Positions 46,190-53,812 of a stretch of DNA of 64,000 bases are shown here, one piece after another. The stretch is taken from positions 15,309-79,308 of the forward strand of contig MFUZ01000009.1 of assembly GCA_001785865.1 (NCBI GenBank), written 5' to 3'. The notes under the pieces are model-generated. The model made no database searches, was not told the origin of the DNA, and saw only the letters and a list, made by a program, of their open reading frames with translations. The position numbers were made by a program, and so were the translations under genes. This DNA comes from Candidatus Nomurabacteria bacterium RIFCSPLOWO2_01_FULL_41_18. Lineage in GTDB: Bacteria; Patescibacteriota; Minisyncoccia; Phycocordibacterales; UBA9973. Numbering within the stretch: the first letter of the stretch is position 1; the number at the start of each line of letters is the position of its first letter.

Positions 46190-47740
46190 ATGACAAAAAG
46201 AAATTTCATACTTTTAATAGTAATCTTGGCCCTCACTGTAATTTCGGTTTTCGTGTTTCTGGTTTTGCGCGAGCCGGGAACGGAACCATCCGGAGAAGAG
46301 ACAGGGAAGGGTACGAATTTTATTTCGCAATTTAATCCGTTCGCAACCAAGCCAAAACCTCCGGCCGAGAACCCACCGGCCGAGACTACCCCGGATGAGC
46401 TTCCAGTAGAAACTGAAAAATTAAAATTCACTAAAGTTTCAAGCATGCCCATAGCCGGATTCGCAGTCTTCACAAAAGAAAGATTGAAGGATGTTCCTGC
46501 AATCATACCGGCAATAACAGAAGAAACCCCCTATGATTTCGGCTCCGCCACTATTAAAAATGGAAGCACTGGTGAAGCAGTAAAAGAAGTTCAGAGATTT
46601 TTGAATAAAACACTAAATCTTAGCCTAGAACTTGATGGCACACTAAATGCAGAAACAATTGCCGCTATCAAGAAGTGGCAGGGAGATCATGGATTGGTCA
46701 CTGATGGTGTCGTCGGTGCAAAAACAAAAGTGTTGATGTATTCTTCTGTAAACCAAAATATGGGAACCTCAAATCCCACCTCACCGCCGACGGAATTCAT
46801 GTCTGCCTTGAGATATGTGGACAAGGCGACCGGAAATATTTACCAGACTTTCGCGGATAAGATCGAAGAAAGGAAATTCACCACCACGATAATACCGAGG
46901 GTGCACGAAGCATATTTCGGGAACCACGGAGGATCGGTAATCATGCGATATCTGAAGGCAGATGCGAGAACCATCGAGACTTTTGTCGGCTCCTTGCCGA
47001 AAGAGGTACTCGGAGGGGATACGACAGGAAATAATGAGATCAAAGGATCCTTCTTGCCTAGCAACGTCAAAGACGTGAGCCTGTCGCCGGACACTCTAAA
47101 AGTATTTTACTTGTTTGAAAGCGGTGAAAATATCATCGGCACAATTTTAAACCTGACCACTAATCAAAAAACTCAAATCTTTGATTCTCCTTTCACCGAG
47201 TGGCTACCCGAGTGGCCAAATCAAAACACTATTACGCTCTCGACCAAGCCTTCTTTCGGCGTCCCCGGATATATTTATTCGATGAACTCGGCTGGCAAAA
47301 ATTTTAGCAAGACTTTGGGTGATATAAATGGACTCACTGCGCTCACAAGTCCAGATGGGAAACTTATTCTTTTCAGCAACAACAATTTATCCCTGAACGT
47401 TTATCACACAGATACCAGAAATTCTGACACCCTCGGCATAAAGACCCTCTCGGAAAAATGCGTCTGGGGCAAAATGAGCGACGCTATATACTGTGCTGTG
47501 CCGAAGTTAATTGGTGTGGGGGCATTCCCAGACTCTTGGTACCAAGGAGAAGTTTCTTTTTCAGATCAGATTTGGAAAATAAATGTGAAAAATGGGAATG
47601 GGGCCCTGTTGCTCGACCCGGTGGCGGTAAGAGGAGGGGAGGAAATCGATGGCATGAGACTTGCCCTAGATGAGAACGAGAACTATTTATTCTTCATGAA
47701 CAAAAAAAATTCTTTCCTGTGGGAATTGGAATTGAAGTAA
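46190..47740 (+). CDS. Membrane-anchored protein with a peptidoglycan-binding module and a predicted beta-propeller (TolB-like) domain
   Basis: PG_binding_1-like GEAVKEVQRFLNKTLNLSLELDGTLNAETIAAIKKWQGDHGLVTDGVVGAKT; N-terminal TM; repetitive beta-strand C-terminal region. Confidence 0.5.
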   Translation: MTKRNFILLIVILALTVISVFVFLVLREPGTEPSGEETGKGTNFISQFNPFATKPKPPAENPPAETTPDELPVETEKLKFTKVSSMPIAGFAVFTKERLKDVPAIIPAITEETPYDFGSATIKNGSTGEAVKEVQRFLNKTLNLSLELDGTLNAETIAAIKKWQGDHGLVTDGVVGAKTKVLMYSSVNQNMGTSNPTSPPTEFMSALRYVDKATGNIYQTFADKIEERKFTTTIIPRVHEAYFGNHGGSVIMRYLKADARTIETFVGSLPKEVLGGDTTGNNEIKGSFLPSNVKDVSLSPDTLKVFYLFESGENIIGTILNLTTNQKTQIFDSPFTEWLPEWPNQNTITLSTKPSFGVPGYIYSMNSAGKNFSKTLGDINGLTALTSPDGKLILFSNNNLSLNVYHTDTRNSDTLGIKTLSEKCVWGKMSDAIYCAVPKLIGVGAFPDSWYQGEVSFSDQIWKINVKNGNGALLLDPVAVRGGEEIDGMRLALDENENYLFFMNKKNSFLWELELK

Positions 47741-47750
47741 GAATTTCTTT

Positions 47751-48218
47751 CTAAAGAAGTTTCAATTCTCTAATTTTCTCTTGAAAATCTTTTTCACCGG
47801 TAAACAAAAAAGCTTGTATACCGACGCTCTGGCTAGCTGCTACGTGTTTTTCTTGATCGTCAAAATATACACACTCTTCAGGCTTCAAATCGTTTTCAGA
47901 TAAAATATTCTCCCAAGCCCTTGTGTCCGGCTTTTTTAGGCCTGTTTCAAAAGAAAAATACACTTTGTCTGCAATTTCGTCTATCCAAGGATATTGTTCT
48001 CGATAGTATCGGGCCACCTCTTCTAAGGAATTGGAAAGAAAAAATACTTTGATCCCTCTTTTTTTAAACTCTCTCGCAAAACCGATCATCTCTTCGGAAA
48101 CTTTTTCTTTTCTTCGAAGCATTGCGATAAATTCTTTGATAGAAAGCCTGAACCCCTCTTCTAAACCAGGGCTTTGTAAAAAGATTCCATTCAAATCAAA
48201 AATTGCCGCTTTTATCAT
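47751..48218 (-). CDS. Small HAD-superfamily hydrolase-like protein
   Basis: Motif I FDLNG (Asn in place of the second Asp), motif II SNS, motif III KKPD, motif IV FDDQ. Confidence 0.55.
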   Translation of the reverse strand: MIKAAIFDLNGIFLQSPGLEEGFRLSIKEFIAMLRRKEKVSEEMIGFAREFKKRGIKVFFLSNSLEEVARYYREQYPWIDEIADKVYFSFETGLKKPDTRAWENILSENDLKPEECVYFDDQEKHVAASQSVGIQAFLFTGEKDFQEKIRELKLL

Positions 48219-48419
48219 ATGCGAAGTATAACAAAACGATTAAAAAATATGAAGTTTTTCAATTCATGAATTGACATTAAGTTCTAGAAATGATATAATA
48301 TAAAGAATTAGTTACGTGTACATTGGAAAACAAAAGTCGTTGAGCAACCGACACAAAACAGCTCTAAAATAGAAAGAGAGGTAGCTCTGAAAACAAAATC
48401 AGTAGGTATAGTCTTCGTC

Positions 48420-48917
48420 GTGGCCTTAAGAGCAGCGGGAAAATGGTACGTTGCTTTGCAAGTCCGCCCGTACTGGAACACAGAAAAAAACAAGCGGGAA
48501 TCGTGGCCTGGCGGACACCAAGTCACAGCTCATGGCAAATTAAAAGATGACGAAGATTTCATCCAGAGCCTCGTTCGCGAAACGGAAGAAGAGATTGGCT
48601 ATGAAGCTGCTTCCGTGGTACAACGGCTCGCTGCAAGCGGCGAACTGATCAAATTGGTTGACCACGACGGTGAAAAGGAACACGCAATCACCTTCGGGGC
48701 CGTAATCGGAAACCCGGCTGACGTAGAAGCGGTCTTGGCGGGAACAAACAGAACCACCAAAAAACAAGTCACCACCCTCATCAGACTCGTAAACGAAGAC
48801 GTGGAAATTGTCGACTTGCGCCAATTCGACAAGGAAGCGGGGGTCACAAACGACAGCATTGCGATGTTTCCGGACGAGAAGGAAGCCGTCCGGCTTGCCT
48901 TCGAAAAACTCGGTTGA
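48420..48917 (+). CDS. NUDIX hydrolase
   Basis: Nudix box GKLKDDEDFIQSLVRETEEEIGY (Gx5Ex7REUxEExGU). Confidence 0.75.
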   Translation: MALRAAGKWYVALQVRPYWNTEKNKRESWPGGHQVTAHGKLKDDEDFIQSLVRETEEEIGYEAASVVQRLAASGELIKLVDHDGEKEHAITFGAVIGNPADVEAVLAGTNRTTKKQVTTLIRLVNEDVEIVDLRQFDKEAGVTNDSIAMFPDEKEAVRLAFEKLG

Positions 48918-49027
48918 AATTGAACCATCACAAAATTTTCCCCATGTCGCTAGGGTGTAGCGACAAAACAAACAAAACCGCAAGGGCTCGACTCTTGCGG
49001 TTTGTTAATTTAAGAGAGAAATTTTAT

Positions 49028-49519
49028 TTATATGCCCCCGATGTATTTAATTACCACTCGGCGAGTCGGGCCAAAACCCGTCGATTCGGTCTTGAGGTCT
49101 GTCGCATTAGATAAAAATTCGTGGACTATCCTGCGGTCGAAGGCTGTCATGGGGTCGACTTCGATGCTGGATTTGAAATATCTGGCCCTCTCTCCCATCA
49201 TGTGAGCTATGGCTCGGATATTTTCCACTCTTTTTTTTTGAAAACCGTTCACGTCAATGATAAGACCGATTCCATTTTGCTGTTTCTCGTCCGGGAGGAG
49301 AGCAGTTTTCGGAGTTTTAGCCTCGATGATCCGGTGCACAAGGTGGTTAAGCGCGTGCAACCCCTCGCCGTCGGAAGAAATGAAAAAATGTGGCTCTTTG
49401 ACCTCTATCGAGACCCAGGTGCTTTTCGGCTCGTCAACAGTGATAGAAATAGTGTTCAAAGTAACTCCGGTTTTCTCGATTATCCTTTCTATTAAATTTT
49501 TAATCTCCGCTTTTTCCAT
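49028..49519 (-). CDS. jag: Jag/KhpB-like RNA-binding protein (Jag_N + KH + R3H)
   Basis: Conserved position downstream of yidC; C-terminal R3H (RRIVHEFL...TESTGFGPTRRVVI). Confidence 0.75.
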   Translation of the reverse strand: MEKAEIKNLIERIIEKTGVTLNTISITVDEPKSTWVSIEVKEPHFFISSDGEGLHALNHLVHRIIEAKTPKTALLPDEKQQNGIGLIIDVNGFQKKRVENIRAIAHMMGERARYFKSSIEVDPMTAFDRRIVHEFLSNATDLKTESTGFGPTRRVVIKYIGGI

Positions 49520-49549
49520 CTATTTTTGCTTTATGAACTTTTTAACTTT

Positions 49550-50284
49550 CTACTTTATGACTGTTTTAAAATTTTTTTCTCTTTTAACATAGATCTGCTG
49601 GCCAACCATGAACAGATTGCTGGTGATCCAGTACAGGGCCACTGCTCCAGATATGCTGTAGGCGATGAAAGCAACCACAAATGGGAAGATGTATTTCATC
49701 TGGGTATGCATGCTTTTAGTAAAGCTTTCCGAGAATGAAGGGGTCGATCCCTTTGGACTCTCCGAAAAGGCTGGCTTCGGCATAAAATGGGCTTGTAGAT
49801 ACTGAGATACTCCAGCCAAAATCGCGAGTGGTAAACTCTTCGCACTAATGTCTAGGATGCCCAGAAATACCATGTTTACGCTTTCAGGAATATGGACAAA
49901 GGAATAAAGATGCCCACCTTCGAAGTTGATGCCTTTATAGAAAACATAATACAAGGCAAAAATGATCGGAATCTGGATCAGGACCAAGAGGCATCCGGAA
50001 AATGGATTGACTTTGTGCTGTTTGTAGAGCTCGAAGGTCTGCTTGGCTTGTTCCTCCTTGCTTGCTCCGCCTTCCTTTATTTTTTTGAGCTGTGGCGCAA
50101 GAATATTCATCTCGGCTTGGCTCTCGATAGACTTTTGAGATAAGGGAAACAACAAGATTTTAACCAAAAGAGTCAGAATTATTACTGCCAGACCGACATC
50201 CCCGCCTGGAATGACTGACACCAAAAAAGCCAAGGCGTTCAGTAATGGCTGGTATAGGACCGTATCCCATATATTTATAAGCAT
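49550..50284 (-). CDS. yidC: Membrane protein insertase YidC/Oxa1 (short Gram-positive type)
   Basis: 5-TM core with conserved PLLNALAFL...LQ.PLS; synteny with rnpA, yidD and jag. Confidence 0.88.
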   Translation of the reverse strand: MLINIWDTVLYQPLLNALAFLVSVIPGGDVGLAVIILTLLVKILLFPLSQKSIESQAEMNILAPQLKKIKEGGASKEEQAKQTFELYKQHKVNPFSGCLLVLIQIPIIFALYYVFYKGINFEGGHLYSFVHIPESVNMVFLGILDISAKSLPLAILAGVSQYLQAHFMPKPAFSESPKGSTPSFSESFTKSMHTQMKYIFPFVVAFIAYSISGAVALYWITSNLFMVGQQIYVKREKNFKTVIK

Positions 50285-50314
50285 TATCTCATTCTATATG
50301 AAAATAATTAAAAA

Positions 50315-50551
50315 TCAAACTAGGGGATCGAGGTGGTTTTTCTGCCATGGGTGGCAGCGGAGGATGCGCAAAAAACCTAAGCAAATTCCTTTGAGGACTC
50401 CGTATTTACCAATTGCTTGCTTAGTATATTCGGAGCAAGTCGGATAAAAAACACATCTCGGTCTGGTAAAGACCGAAATATGTTTCTGGTAAAAATTAAT
50501 TAATTTTACTAAGTGTGTTCTTAATCTCATTTTCAAGCACCAAAACATCAT
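50315..50551 (-). CDS. yidD: Membrane protein insertion efficiency factor YidD
   Basis: LINFYQKHIS....C.FYPTCSEY signature; overlaps the rnpA 3' end. Confidence 0.8.
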   Translation of the reverse strand: MMFWCLKMRLRTHLVKLINFYQKHISVFTRPRCVFYPTCSEYTKQAIGKYGVLKGICLGFLRILRCHPWQKNHLDPLV

Positions 50552-50840
50552 CTTGATATCTTTTGAAGATAAAAACCCCTCTGACCCCGGCAGGGAACTG
50601 GTCTATAGTTTTTTGTAGGGCTAAATATCCACGTCTTCTGAGAAAATTCCTCTGGACGGCCAGTTTAGCTACGTTTTTCGGAGCCAGAAAGGAAATTTTC
50701 TTTTCTCGATCGTCGTTTTTAAAATATTTAAAGGTCAAGTTGGGGGAAACGACAAACTTGCCTTCTTCCCCATTCGGCGGGCAGACTTTGAAGATCTTTT
50801 CAACTTCCTTGGTGGTTACCCTGTTCTTTTTTGGGAGCAT
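50496..50840 (-). CDS. rnpA: Ribonuclease P protein component
   Basis: Basic protein with RNR-like RNFLRRRGY motif; between rpmH and yidD. Confidence 0.85.
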   Translation of the reverse strand: MLPKKNRVTTKEVEKIFKVCPPNGEEGKFVVSPNLTFKYFKNDDREKKISFLAPKNVAKLAVQRNFLRRRGYLALQKTIDQFPAGVRGVFIFKRYQDDVLVLENEIKNTLSKIN

Positions 50841-50849
50841 GCCAAAAAA

Positions 50850-50984
50850 TTATACGGATAGCTTTTTCCTACCTTTCTGACGCCTTCTTTTCAAAACAGC
50901 TTTGCCGGTCTTGACCCTAGACCTGACTAGAAACCCATGACTTCGGGCTCTTTTTCTCTTTTTGGGTTTGTATGTAAATGACAT
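50850..50984 (-). CDS. rpmH: 50S ribosomal protein L34
   Basis: Hand-translated 44-aa [47 protein letters not shown], a clear L34 match; below the ORF-track cutoff. Confidence 0.9.
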   Translation of the reverse strand: MSFTYKPKKRKRARSHGFLVRSRVKTGKAVLKRRRQKGRKKLSV

Positions 50985-51095
50985 ATTTCCAATACTATAA
51001 CAAAACTGGGCTTTAGGCAACTAGGCCTTAGTCATTAGCATTAGAATCTTATTTTTTTGCTAGAGCCTAGCACCTAACAGCTAGTGCCTATTTTT

Positions 51096-51104
51096 TTATC
51101 CACA
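51096..51104 (+). promoter_or_regulatory. Consensus DnaA box TTATCCACA in the rpmH-dnaA spacer
   Basis: Perfect 9-mer read in sequence; AT-rich surroundings. Confidence 0.7.
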
Positions 51105-51228
51105 CATTATCAACAACTTTAGTAACTTTTTACAAGTATGCAACATTTTCTAAATAGTATAGTATAGAGTAGTTGAAAGTTTAAAGTTCATAAAGTCATA
51201 AGTAAAAAATACTTAAAGAATTAAATTC

Positions 51229-52581
51229 ATGAATACAAAACAACTTTGGAAAGACTGCCTGACCGAAATCGAGACTGGCATCTCAAGGGCAAATTTTAGC
51301 ACCTGGTTCAAGAACACATCCATTGTAAAAGAGGATACCGGCATTATTTATATCGGCGTGCCGAACGAATTTGTGCGCGATTGGCTGATAAATAAATACC
51401 ACAAACTCATCACCAAGACAGTTGCCGACGCCTATGAGAACATGCGCGCCGTAGAATACCTGATAACTAAGATAGAATCTTCCAAGCCGGAACCTGTTCC
51501 GACGGGGGAAATAAATAAAAGCTATGCAAATAAAGAACTGCCCTTAAAAGATCTGTACGTAAATCCAGATGATAACTTAAATCCTCGTTATCACTTCAAT
51601 TCTTTCATTGTAGGATCTTTCAATGAACTTGCGTATGCCGCCTCTCTCGCCATCATAGACAGTCCGGGCACCAAATACAATCCATTTTTCATCTATGGAG
51701 GCACCGGCCTCGGGAAAACTCACCTGATCCAAGCAGTAGGGAACACAATCAAAGACAAATACCCGAACAAAAAAGTTCATTACATGACCTTGGAGAAATT
51801 CGCCACTGATTTTATAAATTCTCTTCAGAGTAATAAGGCAAATTCTTTTAAAGAGAAGTATCGTAAATATGACCTGCTCATCATAGATGACATCCAGTTC
51901 ATCGGAAAAATGGAAAAGATACAGGAAGAGCTCTTTCACACATTCAACACCTTCCATGAAAATAGCAAACAGATAATTTTTTCCTCTGATAAGCACCCAA
52001 ATTACATCCCTGAATTAGCAGATCGCCTCAAATCTCGCTTTGCCGCCGGGATGATAGTGGACATCTCGCCCCCGGATTATGAATCCCGCTTGGCTATTCT
52101 GAAGGTAAAAGTACGAGAGCTTGATATAGATCTAGATCCTGAGATTTTGGATTACGTCGCTCTTTCTGTAGATGGTAATATCCGAGAGCTTGAAGGTAGT
52201 TTAAACATCATCGTTTGCCAATATCGCTTGAAAAATAAGGCTTTAACTCTATTAGAGGTGAAAAGTCTTCTAAAGAATAACATGAAGCCAAAGAAGAATA
52301 TCGCTATAAAAGATGTGGTAAAAATAGTAAGCGAATATTATAAATTAGAAGAAGTCTCTGTCTATGAAAAAACTAGAAAAAAAGAAATTGTAAAGGCAAG
52401 ACAAGTAGTAATGTATCTCCTTCGAGAGGATTTTAATGTATCATACCCTCTTATTGGTCAAAAGCTTGGGGGAAAAGATCACACTACTGTGATTCATTCT
52501 TGTTTAAAGATTAAAAACGATCTAAAAAACGACCCACAACTTTTACAAGAATTAGAACAAATACGAATTATGTTTAAGTAA
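51229..52581 (+). CDS. dnaA: Chromosomal replication initiator protein DnaA
   Basis: AAA+ Walker A GGTGLGKTHL, Walker B LLIIDDIQF, C-terminal DnaA-box-binding domain. Confidence 0.93.
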   Translation: MNTKQLWKDCLTEIETGISRANFSTWFKNTSIVKEDTGIIYIGVPNEFVRDWLINKYHKLITKTVADAYENMRAVEYLITKIESSKPEPVPTGEINKSYANKELPLKDLYVNPDDNLNPRYHFNSFIVGSFNELAYAASLAIIDSPGTKYNPFFIYGGTGLGKTHLIQAVGNTIKDKYPNKKVHYMTLEKFATDFINSLQSNKANSFKEKYRKYDLLIIDDIQFIGKMEKIQEELFHTFNTFHENSKQIIFSSDKHPNYIPELADRLKSRFAAGMIVDISPPDYESRLAILKVKVRELDIDLDPEILDYVALSVDGNIRELEGSLNIIVCQYRLKNKALTLLEVKSLLKNNMKPKKNIAIKDVVKIVSEYYKLEEVSVYEKTRKKEIVKARQVVMYLLREDFNVSYPLIGQKLGGKDHTTVIHSCLKIKNDLKNDPQLLQELEQIRIMFK

Positions 52582-52652
52582 TTAAAAGTTATTAGACTTA
52601 AATTAAAAATAAAATAAACATAACAATATTGTAAATTATAAGTAAAAAATAG

Positions 52653-52669
52653 TTATCCACTTATCCAGT
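52653..52669 (+). promoter_or_regulatory. Two overlapping DnaA-box-like 9-mers (TTATCCACT, TTATCCAGT) in the AT-rich dnaA-dnaN spacer; candidate oriC/DUE
   Basis: Read directly in sequence; the surrounding spacer is almost pure A/T. Confidence 0.6.
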
Positions 52670-52710
52670 TACCTAATAGTATTAATAAATTAAATAAAGA
52701 AAATAAATAC

Positions 52711-53808
52711 ATGAAATTAGAATGTAAAATAGAAGAACTCCGGAATAAAGTTTCTCAAGTAGAAAGAATAACTGGTAAAAATCTTACCCTGCCTATTTTA
52801 AATTCAATTCTCCTAGTTGCTTCTGGTAAATCTTTAAAATTAAGATCTACAAATTTAAGCTTAGGAATAGAAGTTGAAATTCCTACCAAAATAGAAAAAG
52901 AAGGAATTGTAGCTATATCTGGATCAGTCTTGAATGGTGTATTTTCTAATATTTTCCAAAACGAAAATGTTTTCCTGGAAAGCACAGATGGTAATTTATC
53001 TATCCAGACCAAAAAAAACAAAATAAAGCTAAAAGGACAACCACCTGACGATTTTCCCACAATACCCAGAGTTACTGGAACTAGCTTCGAGATAGAGTCT
53101 AAAAAACTAATAGATGGTATAAAATCAGTTTATTATAGTGGAGCTATTTCAGATGTGAAACCCGAGATAGCAAGCGTTTTTATATATACACATGAAGAAA
53201 ATCTAATTTTCGTTTCTACGGATTCTTTTAGATTGGCAGAGAAAAAAATAAAAATAAAAGGGATTCCAGAGATAAGTGGGATTCTTGTTCCATATAAAAA
53301 TATTGCTGAAATACTGAGAGTTTTTGGAGAATCATCTTCCATTATTGAAGTTCATTTTAATAAGAATCAAATATCTTTTTCTACCGATAGCGTTTATCTT
53401 ACCTCTAGGGTGATTGATGGAGTTTTCCCAGATTACCGTCAGATTATTCCAAAAACCTCAAGTACTAACGCTATAGTCTTAAAACAAGACCTATTAAACG
53501 CTCTCAAGATATCCAACATCTTTTCTGATAAATTCAACCAAGTTAATTTAAGGATATCAGCCAAAGAAAAAGTTTTCGAAATTTCTTCGATGAATAATGA
53601 CATCGGAGAGAATAAGACATACTTAGATGCGACCCTCTCAGGAGAGAATATAGAATTAGGGTTTAACTATAAATATTTTCTAGACTGTTTCCAATCCATC
53701 ACTACCGACAGTTTGTCTATTAAATTCTCTGGAGCTTCTAGCCCGCTAGTAATATCTCCTGTTTCAGATCCATCTTTCCTATATCTCATTATGCCTATGA
53801 ATAGGTAG
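52711..53808 (+). CDS. dnaN: DNA polymerase III beta sliding clamp
   Basis: Three-domain about 365-aa protein immediately downstream of dnaA; N-terminal MKLECKIEEL... and C-terminal LYLIMPM typical of DnaN. Confidence 0.88.
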   Translation: MKLECKIEELRNKVSQVERITGKNLTLPILNSILLVASGKSLKLRSTNLSLGIEVEIPTKIEKEGIVAISGSVLNGVFSNIFQNENVFLESTDGNLSIQTKKNKIKLKGQPPDDFPTIPRVTGTSFEIESKKLIDGIKSVYYSGAISDVKPEIASVFIYTHEENLIFVSTDSFRLAEKKIKIKGIPEISGILVPYKNIAEILRVFGESSSIIEVHFNKNQISFSTDSVYLTSRVIDGVFPDYRQIIPKTSSTNAIVLKQDLLNALKISNIFSDKFNQVNLRISAKEKVFEISSMNNDIGENKTYLDATLSGENIELGFNYKYFLDCFQSITTDSLSIKFSGASSPLVISPVSDPSFLYLIMPMNR

Positions 53809-53812
53809 GTTT

